A DNA stretch of 64,000 nt, taken from positions 1,536,001 through 1,600,000 of the forward strand of contig OY761556.1 in assembly GCA_963664705.1 (NCBI GenBank), read 5' to 3'. The notes below the pieces were generated by a model. The model was not told the origin of the DNA. It worked only from the letters and a program-made list of their open reading frames with translations, and made no database searches. Below, in pieces: positions 1 to 8,001 of the stretch; the first letter of the stretch is position 1, and each line of letters begins with the position of its first letter. Source of the stretch: Acidobacteriota bacterium (lineage in GTDB: Bacteria; Acidobacteriota; UBA6911). The position numbers and the translations under genes were made by a program.

Positions 1-1
1 G

Positions 2-778
2 GTGTTGGGATACCGTTCGGCGCTGGAAGCAAAGAAACGGATCGGCTACTTGCCCGAAGAACGCGGCGTATACCGCAAAATGCGGGTCGGAGAGTTTTTG
101 GATTTTGTGGCGGGTCTCAAAGGGCTCAAAGGACCAGATCTCGGGAAAAGGATCAAGACTTCACTCGAGCGCGTTGGCCTGGGCGGTACCGAGCAGCGGC
201 GGTGTGAGGAGTTTTCCAAGGGAATGCTCCAGAAGGTTCAGTTTCTTGCTGCCGTGATTCATCAGCCGGACCTTTTGATTCTGGATGAGCCCTTCAGCGG
301 CCTCGATCCTGTCAGCTCAAAACTCTTGCGTGACTTGATTCTGGAGGAACACCGCCGGGGCGCAACGATTCTCTTTTCGACTCACGTGATGCCCCAAGCG
401 GAGGAAATCTGCCAGCATGTTGTGATGGTGCATCAGGGCCGGAAAGTGCTGGACGAAAAGGTTGCCACAATTTGCAGCCAATACGATCCGCGGACCATCG
501 AATTGGTTCCCCTCGACTCCCAGGCCGATATGACGCCGGTTGCGGGCATTGAGGGAATTGAGCGCATGGAATGCAGCAATTCAGTTTACAAGCTGTCGCT
601 TCGCGATGGAGTGAATCCGGCGGAGGCAATGCGCAAAATCATAGATGTTGTCGCTCCTGCCCGCCTGGAGTTGTCGCGGCCGCATCTCGAGGAAATTTTT
701 ATCCGCTTGGTGTCGTCCGAAAGCGATACCGCCGAAGACAGACGCAAATTGAGAGTGGATCTGGGGGAACAAGGCTAA
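2..778 (+). CDS. ABC transporter ATP-binding subunit (5'-truncated by window edge)
   Basis: Signature FSKGMLQK, Walker B LLILDEPFSGLDP and H-loop FSTH; Walker A lies outside the window. Confidence 0.92.
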   Translation: MLGYRSALEAKKRIGYLPEERGVYRKMRVGEFLDFVAGLKGLKGPDLGKRIKTSLERVGLGGTEQRRCEEFSKGMLQKVQFLAAVIHQPDLLILDEPFSGLDPVSSKLLRDLILEEHRRGATILFSTHVMPQAEEICQHVVMVHQGRKVLDEKVATICSQYDPRTIELVPLDSQADMTPVAGIEGIERMECSNSVYKLSLRDGVNPAEAMRKIIDVVAPARLELSRPHLEEIFIRLVSSESDTAEDRRKLRVDLGEQG

Positions 779-2148
779 TGAATAATATTTTTAGGATAGC
801 AAAGCGTGAGTTCATGGCCACGGCGGCCACGCGCGCATTTGTCATCGGCCTTTTGATATTTCCGAGCATGATTGCGATTTTTGCCTTGCTGGGGCCCCGC
901 CTGTTTGGTTCCAGGGATTTTAAGATTCAAGGCACGATAGCCGTAATCGATCCTACGGGCCGCGTCCTTCCGGAACTGCGGAAATCCTGTGATCCTGTGA
1001 CAATTGCGGCGGGGCGCAAACTGGCGGCGAAGAGGGCTCTGGCCAATGCGCCGCAGCAGGTTCGGCAACTGGCCGAAAGCTCAGGCAACAAAAATGTCTG
1101 GGACTCGCTGGAGCCGATTCCCAACATCCAAATTATCGAGCGCCCTGCCGCATCGGACCTCGAGAAGGAAAAGGCCTGGCTTTTAACTCAGACAAGAGAG
1201 AATCCGCGTTTAGCGCTGGTAGTTGTGCATGGAAATGCGGTCGAACCGGCCGGGGGGAGTCTGGATTATGGCTCGTATGATCTCTATGTCCCGCCCAATA
1301 TCGATGATCGGGCGGGGAATGAAATACAGCGGTGCCTTCGAGAAGCGATTGTAAATGCCCGGCTGCAGGTGCGCGCACTTGACCAGACGGAAATAGATGC
1401 CATTGTTCAGGTGCCGCCGGTGCGGTCCACCACTGTAACCGTCAAAGAGGAGCGGCAGACGGTCCGTGGATTCAACGTAATGCTGCCTGCGGTATTTGGT
1501 GCGTTGCTGTTCATGGGAGTGATCGGAGGAGGGGGGCAGTTGCTTACGACCATGGTTGAGGAGAAATCCAACCGTATCGTGGAGGTTCTGTTATCGGCTG
1601 TTTCACCAATGGAATTGATGGCGGGCAAGCTTCTGGGCCAAATGGCGGTCAGCCTGATTGGAATGGCGTTGTATATTGCGATGGGAGTCGCAATGCTGGC
1701 CGGATTTTCGCTTTTCGGGCTTTTTGACGTTTCCCTTATTTTCTATCTGCTTCTATTTTTCCTTATCACCTATTTGCTGATGGGCTCATTGATGATGGCT
1801 GTTGGTGCGGCTGTCAATGATATGAAGGAAGCGCAGTCCCTGATGGCCCCGCTGACAATCATCTTCATGATTCCATGGCTGCTCTGGATGCCGATTTCCC
1901 GCAACCCGGATTCTGTCTTTAGCATTACGATGAGCTTCACTCCTTTTGTGAACACGTTCGCGATGCTCTTGCGCATGGCATCCAATACGCCTCCTCCATT
2001 CTGGCAGGTGTGGCTCTCGATCCTGATCGGTATCGGGACGGCGTACATCGCCCTCTGGTTTACGGCCAAAGTCTTTCGCATCGGGCTTCTCATGTACGGG
2101 AAACCACCCAATTTCGCAACTCTTATTCGCTGGGCTCGGGCAGCGTAG
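778..2148 (+). CDS. ABC-2 type transporter permease (NatB/YhaP-like)
   Basis: ATG overlaps the upstream TAA (TAATG); EEKSNRIVEVLLS motif; N-terminal TM, large soluble loop, several C-terminal TM helices. Confidence 0.9.
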   Translation: MNNIFRIAKREFMATAATRAFVIGLLIFPSMIAIFALLGPRLFGSRDFKIQGTIAVIDPTGRVLPELRKSCDPVTIAAGRKLAAKRALANAPQQVRQLAESSGNKNVWDSLEPIPNIQIIERPAASDLEKEKAWLLTQTRENPRLALVVVHGNAVEPAGGSLDYGSYDLYVPPNIDDRAGNEIQRCLREAIVNARLQVRALDQTEIDAIVQVPPVRSTTVTVKEERQTVRGFNVMLPAVFGALLFMGVIGGGGQLLTTMVEEKSNRIVEVLLSAVSPMELMAGKLLGQMAVSLIGMALYIAMGVAMLAGFSLFGLFDVSLIFYLLLFFLITYLLMGSLMMAVGAAVNDMKEAQSLMAPLTIIFMIPWLLWMPISRNPDSVFSITMSFTPFVNTFAMLLRMASNTPPPFWQVWLSILIGIGTAYIALWFTAKVFRIGLLMYGKPPNFATLIRWARAA

Positions 2149-2336
2149 GAAAAAAGGGAATTGGAGCCGAAGCAATCGATTCGTTGCCTGCGTATGACCG
2201 GATGGCCAAACCTCATATCGCGATTAAGAGGGTGTTTGTGGCGCAATAGTGCTTGCGAAAAGCTGCGACAAAAAGTAAAGTACTTGCAATGTAAAGCTGT
2301 GCTGAAACCAAGGCATAGTGAACAAGGTAGTTAAAG

Positions 2337-2359
2337 TGAGCGGGAGTAATTCAGCGGTA
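2337..2359 (+). repeat. att site (left): 23-bp direct repeat TGAGCGGGAGTAATTCAGCGGTA = 5' end of tRNA-Gly
   Basis: Identical to 12750-12772, which overlaps the first 20 nt of the intact tRNA-Gly; lies ~240 bp upstream of the integrase. Confidence 0.93.
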
Positions 2360-2487
2360 TTTGTCCACCCCAGCAAGCAAAAATAATCAAAAACAATAAA
2401 ACATAGATAAATCCTGCTGTTTACGCGGGTGCGGGGATGCCTCTCTTTTTTGTTCTCTGCTTAAAATTGCGCTTTTTCATTCTTTTT

Positions 2488-2598
2488 TGTTGCGGTATTG
2501 GTGCGACGGAGTAATAGTAATTTCGGCTGGGTGATAATTAATTCAAATTTTACACCCTAATTTCTAGCAGTCGCACCAGTCGCACCAATACCGCAACA
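2488..2598. repeat. 20-bp perfect inverted repeat (TGTTGCGGTATTGGTGCGAC / GTCGCACCAATACCGCAACA), likely integrase arm-type sites
   Basis: Arms at 2488-2507 and 2579-2598; related copy TGTTGCGAAATTGGTGCGA at 12683-12701 near the other att. Confidence 0.75.
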
Positions 2599-2602
2599 GA
2601 CT

Positions 2603-3700
2603 ATGAAAATTGCCCTACGATCCAGACCGACTACGATACGTGGCAAACGAAGCCTGTACCTTGATTTTTACGACAACGGCAGGCGCTGGTATGAAAGCCT
2701 GGGCTTATACACGATCGGCGATCGTGAGGCGGATAAACAGACAAAACGGCTTGCAGAAACTATCCTCAGCCAGCGGCGGCTTGATGCTGCATCGACTAAC
2801 AACGCGCTGCCAGCGCCATCACGATCAAAAGCCGATTTTGTGGAATTCTGCCGGAAGATCGGAGAGGAAAAGCCTTCGGAGAATACCCAGCTTGTTTGGA
2901 AAAACACCATTTCCCATTTAAAAGCCTTCGCGGGGGAACATGGAATTACGCTCGGGGCCATCAATGAAGCTTTTCTGGAAAGATTCCGCGACTACCTTTT
3001 GACGAAGGTGAGCCCGAATACAGCGCTCACCTATTTTTCCAGAATAAAGACAGCCTGCAGGAAAGCGGCGAATGAGCAAATCATCCCGCGTTATGTCGGA
3101 AGCGGTATCACGATCAGAAAACAGCAGACTAACCGCGCATACTTGACACTTGAGGAACTGCAAAAGCTCGAACGGACTCCAAGCGCAAACCAGGCGGTAA
3201 GGGATGGCTTCCTGTTCTCATGTTTTGCAGGATTGCGATATAGCGACGTAAAAGCGCTGACCTGGGATCAGGTAAGGCGAGAGGGAAATCATTCGTTCTT
3301 GTGGTTCTCACAAGAGAAAACAGGGGATTTTCAATCACTCCCGCTATCTCACCAGGCGCTTGAAATTCTGAACGCGCAGCAAAAGGCAAAACCTTCGCCG
3401 AAGATCCGGCAGGAAATTGGGAAAGACATTATTTTCAAGCTTCCTGCTCAGCAGACTGTGGACAAGGCTTTGAAGCGCTGGGCGAAGCGGGCCGGGATAG
3501 AAAAAACCGTTAGTTTTCATGTGGGCCGTCATACCTTCGCAACACTGGCGCTCACCTATGGTGCGGATCTTTACGTTGTTTCAAAGCTGCTCGGGCATCG
3601 GCGGATAGAGACAACGGAAATATATGCAAAAGTCGTGGATAAATCCAAGCGGGATGCAGTTACACTTCTGCCAAAGCTCAAACGAGCGCCGAAAAAATAA
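2603..3700 (+). CDS. int: Tyrosine recombinase / site-specific integrase
   Basis: Catalytic motifs GLRYSD, FHVGRHTFAT, LLGH and TEIY; N-terminal arm-binding-like SLYLDFY segment; next to att. Confidence 0.96.
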   Translation: MKIALRSRPTTIRGKRSLYLDFYDNGRRWYESLGLYTIGDREADKQTKRLAETILSQRRLDAASTNNALPAPSRSKADFVEFCRKIGEEKPSENTQLVWKNTISHLKAFAGEHGITLGAINEAFLERFRDYLLTKVSPNTALTYFSRIKTACRKAANEQIIPRYVGSGITIRKQQTNRAYLTLEELQKLERTPSANQAVRDGFLFSCFAGLRYSDVKALTWDQVRREGNHSFLWFSQEKTGDFQSLPLSHQALEILNAQQKAKPSPKIRQEIGKDIIFKLPAQQTVDKALKRWAKRAGIEKTVSFHVGRHTFATLALTYGADLYVVSKLLGHRRIETTEIYAKVVDKSKRDAVTLLPKLKRAPKK

Positions 3701-3929
3701 AGCCGATAGTCTTTAGATCCTTCACAGATATATCCAAAAAATATCAAATATCCTATAAATGTGTCTGATTAAACAGAACACCTAAAAATATTTGTGTAGC
3801 GCTGACAGCCTTTATTTATAAGGGTTTAGTGGCGATATAGGGGGGTGTCTTACAAGATAGGACATAGTTTTTTTATTTGCCCATCTTTAATCTACTACTC
3901 GGCTGTTGTTGTTATTAGGAGATTCCAAA

Positions 3930-4217
3930 ATGACCAATCGTGAAATTGCCGAAAAATTAGAGAGCATAGAATCTAAGCTTTCCGATCTGACCAAGGCCTC
4001 AGAAAAACCCTTTGATTTGGCGGCGGCTGCGGACTATCTGAAGATGAGCAGAAGCCACTTATATCAATTGACCTGCCGAGGAATAATAGCGCACTACAAG
4101 CCAGGCGGAAAGCGAATCTACTTTGAAAAATGTGATTTGGATGAATACGTGCGGCGGAACCGTATCAGATCGCAATTCGAATTGGAATCTGAAGCTGCCA
4201 ACCGGATATCGGCTTAA
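3930..4217 (+). CDS. Excisionase/AlpA-like helix-turn-helix DNA-binding protein
   Basis: AAADYLKMSRSHLYQL...IAHYKPGGKRIYF pattern of excisionase-family HTHs; AGGAG RBS before ATG 3930. Confidence 0.85.
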   Translation: MTNREIAEKLESIESKLSDLTKASEKPFDLAAAADYLKMSRSHLYQLTCRGIIAHYKPGGKRIYFEKCDLDEYVRRNRIRSQFELESEAANRISA

Positions 4218-4229
4218 GAAGGCTTCCCA

Positions 4230-5087
4230 ATGAATAAGTTTTGGTGGTTTCCATTTCCTGTCGAATGGTGGCTGGTTACTACACGGTTCATGACTGCAGA
4301 ACAGGCAGGCTTTCTAATCAACCTGATGGCTGAATGTGGAAATTCGCCTGAGTGCGGAATTCCCGCCGACCCTGATACTTTGTGGCAGCGGGCGCGCGCA
4401 AAAAATCGAAAACGATTCGAATTTTTATCAAAACCAGTCCTGGAATTGTTTGTACTCCGAAATGACTTCTATTACTCACGAAAATTGCTCGAACTGAAAG
4501 AAGACCTTGACGAAAAGACAGCCCGCCGTCAAGCAGCTGGAAAAGCTGGAGCTACAGCCCGCTGGGGATCAGAAAGCGCAAAGCAACCGGATAGCAATGC
4601 TATGCGTTTGCCATCAACGCCGCATGCGGATGCCATAAAATCGCAATGCGAAACAATGGCATATACAGTTACAGATACAATTAGAGATACAGAACATAAC
4701 AGAACAGAAGATAAAAATACTTCTTGCGCTGCGGCAAGCGCCGCGCCGGAACCAGTCGAGCCGGTTATATCGCTTCCTCTGAATGATGGAACTGAATTTT
4801 CAGTTGAGCAAAAAATGCTCGATGAGTGGCTAGAACTTTATCCTGGCGTCGATGTGCGCCAGGCGCTTCGGAATATGCGCGGCTGGCTTCTCGGTAATCC
4901 ACGGAATCGAAAAACCTGGAGCGGCATATACAAATTCATCGTTAGTTGGCTCTCAAAGGATCAAAACAAAGCGCCAGCACTCAGTGGCAAGAACGGCCAC
5001 CGGAAACTAGCCAACATAGCCAGGCTGACAGAGGAAGATCTTTCGGGCGGACGGACCATGAATCCAGATGGGACTTATCGATTATGA
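4230..5087 (+). CDS. Phage-type replication initiator (YdaU/DUF1376-like N-terminus)
   Basis: N-terminal WFPFPVEWWL..TRFMTAEQAGFLINL, central RQAAGKAGATARWG, repetitive linker, C-terminal YPGVDV..LRNMRGWL..NP..RKT..FIVSWL as in phage replication proteins. Confidence 0.75.
   Translation: MNKFWWFPFPVEWWLVTTRFMTAEQAGFLINLMAECGNSPECGIPADPDTLWQRARAKNRKRFEFLSKPVLELFVLRNDFYYSRKLLELKEDLDEKTARRQAAGKAGATARWGSESAKQPDSNAMRLPSTPHADAIKSQCETMAYTVTDTIRDTEHNRTEDKNTSCAAASAAPEPVEPVISLPLNDGTEFSVEQKMLDEWLELYPGVDVRQALRNMRGWLLGNPRNRKTWSGIYKFIVSWLSKDQNKAPALSGKNGHRKLANIARLTEEDLSGGRTMNPDGTYRL
4662..4716 (+). repeat. Degenerate 5-6 nt repeats (TACAGT/TACAGA/ACAGA) inside the rep gene; candidate origin
   Basis: tacagttacagatacaattagagatacagaacataacagaacagaag encodes the low-complexity linker; lambdoid origins lie inside the initiator gene. 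Confidence 0.45.
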
Positions 5088-5228
5088 ACGGATTTCCTGC
5101 TGTGCCCAGGTCTCAAAACTACCTTTCAGGGGCAGGCGTCAACGGACTACTCCACCGTTGACAGTCGATCGGCAACCGTGGCACATGCCGATCGGCACAA
5201 CACACAAATGACGAGAAAGGAAAAACAA

Positions 5229-6047
5229 ATGGAACAGGCAAGCGTTGTTACGGATCAGCAATTACGGGCGAGCTTCCGCGCTGTAATCGGCAAATCTGAA
5301 TCTGTGATTGTCAGAGAAGACAAGAAAATCTGGCGTGCATTCCACGCGCAGCTACCCGGACCGCATAAGCCAATAACGCGCGAGCAAAGCAAACGCTGCG
5401 CTGAAGCTGAGGGGCTTGTGTACGAAGGGCTTCAGCCCTGGGGATTTTGCCTATACCGGAAAGATGCGAAAAGGCCCGAAATTCGGCTAATGGCATATGC
5501 GCGTGAAAAGGGATTGCATTATGTCGATGCGCCTGCATCGGGTTCCGCAAGCACGTCCAAAGGCGCGACGGTTGAACCTGGCCAGGCCATCGTCAAAAAC
5601 GATGTTCCGCAAGCTAAGCCTGCCCAGAAAAAAACGTTCAAGACTCCAAGACAAATTGCGGCGGATGCAGTGCAACTGGTAGAAACCGCGCGGGCAGAAG
5701 GCCGCATTCTCAGCAGTTCCGATGCTGTGAATATGGTTTTAGCCAGGCCCGGAACTGTTTGCTCAGCAATGCTCAAGGAAAGCGTGAGCCCGCACAGTGA
5801 TGAGCCCGCATCCGCCGTGGTGGATAGCCAGGTGCGCCAGGTGCAGGACTTGGTTGCGTATGAAGCGGCGCACGGTCGCAAACTCACAAACGCCGAAGCC
5901 CTGGCGATAGTTACGCAAAAAGAAAGCGCCGAAGATCCGAAGCAGCTGGCACGCAGGGCGCAGCAATATGTTGACGCCCAGGCCGCGCTGGGGCACCGAG
6001 TAACCATGGCCGAGGCAGTCTCGACTATTTTACAAACAAACCACTAA
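5229..6047 (+). CDS. Hypothetical protein with three C-terminal repeats resembling head scaffold/prohead-protease C-termini
   Basis: Repeats QIAADAVQLVETARAEGRILSSSDAVNMV, QVRQVQDLVAYEAAHGRKLTNAEALAIV and QLARRAQQYVDAQAALGHRVTMAEAVSTI; AAAGGA RBS before ATG 5229. Confidence 0.6.
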   Translation: MEQASVVTDQQLRASFRAVIGKSESVIVREDKKIWRAFHAQLPGPHKPITREQSKRCAEAEGLVYEGLQPWGFCLYRKDAKRPEIRLMAYAREKGLHYVDAPASGSASTSKGATVEPGQAIVKNDVPQAKPAQKKTFKTPRQIAADAVQLVETARAEGRILSSSDAVNMVLARPGTVCSAMLKESVSPHSDEPASAVVDSQVRQVQDLVAYEAAHGRKLTNAEALAIVTQKESAEDPKQLARRAQQYVDAQAALGHRVTMAEAVSTILQTNH

Positions 6048-6057
6048 AGGAGGCCGT

Positions 6058-6486
6058 ATGAAAGAACTTGTTGAAGTTCAAGATTTCTATAATGCGATCG
6101 GGCGCGCTGTAAAGGAAAGCGCCACACGAGAAGCGCTCACCTGGCTGGAACGAGTGCGCGCGGCAATTGAATACGCAGAGCAGCGGGAACTGTCAGAATC
6201 GGAGCGCGATGATATCGCGGCTATAAGAAGGCGGCTTGCGTTTGAAGCCTTAGAAATTCAGCAGCGACTGCTTCCGGTACTGAAGCAGCTTGAGACCGCG
6301 CTGTTTGATGCAGCTGGAAAAGCGGCAATTGATACCGCGTGCACCGGTGTCACCAAGGATTTTGGCGGCGGAAACGTTAAGCGCTATCCGGCTCCATTTC
6401 AGCATCCCGCTGAATACGAAAAGGCAAATTCGGAACCAAAGCGGGAACCATTCCTGCAGCGCCTTTTTGGGAAGGGAGCCGCTTAG
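6058..6486 (+). CDS. Hypothetical protein (element-encoded, helical)
   Basis: Strong AAGGAGG RBS; operon position. Confidence 0.7.
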   Translation: MKELVEVQDFYNAIGRAVKESATREALTWLERVRAAIEYAEQRELSESERDDIAAIRRRLAFEALEIQQRLLPVLKQLETALFDAAGKAAIDTACTGVTKDFGGGNVKRYPAPFQHPAEYEKANSEPKREPFLQRLFGKGAA

Positions 6487-6678
6487 ATGTCTGAACAAAT
6501 TGCGGGCAGGCTCAATGACATTCTATTGGGCTTAACTTATCGAAGAAGTTCGGATGATTTAGGGAGTGTACAGCTTCCTGAGTGCGCGCGAAAAGCGATT
6601 GTTTCCGCACTTCTCCCAGAGATCAAAAAAATGATTGCTGAAAACTCTTCCCAGGCTGAAGAAAAGCCCAGCAAATGA
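6487..6678 (+). CDS. Small hypothetical protein
   Basis: ATG directly follows the previous TAG; GGGAG RBS. Confidence 0.55.
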   Translation: MSEQIAGRLNDILLGLTYRRSSDDLGSVQLPECARKAIVSALLPEIKKMIAENSSQAEEKPSK

Positions 6679-7083
6679 TTTGGCCAGGCGCGCCCACGGC
6701 GTTTCGCTTGACCGAGGCTTTCAAACCTTTCACTCGGTCAGGTGGTTTCCGTGGCAGAGCGCCGATACCTGCGGCAAGCTTCTGGAGCGTGGGCGGCTTG
6801 TCGCAAATAACCAGCGATAGGAAATATCATCGGGAATGCGATTCAAAACCGAAATGACAGAATCAAACCGAAACGATTACGGAAAATGCAAGAGTGCCCG
6901 GCGCTGCGATTGCCAGGCACTCTTTTTAGTTTGCGCGCTTGTCTCGTTTGATAGGACATTGGCAGCAGGTACACCCCAAGGATAGAGTGACGGCATGGTA
7001 AGAGATTTGAAAGAGTTAGGGCCAGTGCAGAAGCGCGGCGGGGGTGGTACACCCAGAGGCGTGAGGGTGTTTTTGAAGGCTGG

Positions 7084-7190
7084 AGGTACTGGTAGGAAAT
7101 TTTTTAGCGCGGGTACCGGCGATGGCGGGCTTTGGCTTACGTAACGGGTTTTTTAAGTCGTGTCAGTGTCAGTTTGGCTAACCCTGGGAG
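7084..7190 (+). other. Putative cos/packaging site upstream of terS
   Basis: Non-coding; AGGTACT...T-tract...GCGGGTACCGGCGATGGCGGG shares the CGGCGA core with lambda cosN and sits directly upstream of a Nu1-like gene, as in lambda. Confidence 0.45.
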
Positions 7191-7201
7191 GGTAATCGGA
7201 A

Positions 7202-7753
7202 ATGGCAAATAGATCTGCTGGTAACCTGGTAAGAGTGACGCAGATCATGGCGGATTTTGGATGCTCTGAGCGCCAGGTTGGCCGCTTCGTTTCTGAGGGG
7301 ATGCCCAAAGCCAGGTACGGCAAATATGATCGGCTGGCGTGTCTTATGTGGTACTCGAAAAAGCTAAGGTGCGACCTTGATGCTGCTGGCGATATAACCG
7401 ACTTAGAGCGGGAACAAATCAGAGTACAGAGAGCAACCGCAGATCTAAAGGAAATGGAACTTAGCGATAGACGCGCCAGCTTGATACCGCGCTGGATACA
7501 TGAAAAGCACGTACAGATGGCTTTTGACGCTGTGCGGCGGGCTATCCTGCCAATCGCAGAGCAGATCGCGCCTGAACTTGAAGGCCTGGATAGATTGGAG
7601 ATCAAAACCAGGCTGCACAAGAAGTACCGCGATGTTTTAAGCCAGCTGGCCACGGGCGCGGATGTGGTAATGGAAGTACCTTCCGACGATGATGCGGGCA
7701 CCGAAGTTAAGCAGCCGATCGCAAAGAAGCAAAAAACAAAAGGGCGTAAGTAG
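7202..7753 (+). CDS. Terminase small subunit, lambda Nu1-like (or Rpp-like packaging redirector)
   Basis: N-terminal wHTH (IMADFGCSERQVGRFVSEGMP..GKYDRLACLMWY) followed by a coiled coil (EREQIRVQRATADLKEMEL..RASLIP); GGGAGG RBS. Confidence 0.85.
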   Translation: MANRSAGNLVRVTQIMADFGCSERQVGRFVSEGMPKARYGKYDRLACLMWYSKKLRCDLDAAGDITDLEREQIRVQRATADLKEMELSDRRASLIPRWIHEKHVQMAFDAVRRAILPIAEQIAPELEGLDRLEIKTRLHKKYRDVLSQLATGADVVMEVPSDDDAGTEVKQPIAKKQKTKGRK

Positions 7754-7780
7754 GCGCTCAAGCCTGAATGGAGGGAGTCT

Positions 7781-7975
7781 ATGCGCGCGCGATATCACAG
7801 CGTTTGCCGTACTTGTAAAAAGCGCATCCGACCAGGTGAGGAAATTCGTTTCGTGCGCGAAAATTTCACGATTCATCAAAACTGTTCGCCCAAAGTACCG
7901 CCGAAGTCTTCCGCGCTGAATCAGCAACGGACGCAGCTTGCCCTTGAACGGTTTGAGCGCGCCGGATTCCGGTAG
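7781..7975 (+). CDS. Small putative zinc-binding protein
   Basis: CRTC...I.PGE.I....HQNC motif; GGAGGGAG RBS. Confidence 0.65.
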   Translation: MRARYHSVCRTCKKRIRPGEEIRFVRENFTIHQNCSPKVPPKSSALNQQRTQLALERFERAGFR

Positions 7976-8001
7976 TACCAGGCAAGGAAAGGGGAAAATT
8001 G

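Noticed and set aside
571-777. N-terminal extension of the permease ORF given in the ORF track
   Set aside because: It overlaps the ATPase gene; the coupled ATG at 778 is the more plausible start.
6675-6857. 60-aa ORF after the small hypothetical genes
   Set aside because: It has an overlapping start but no recognisable features; not enough support to call.
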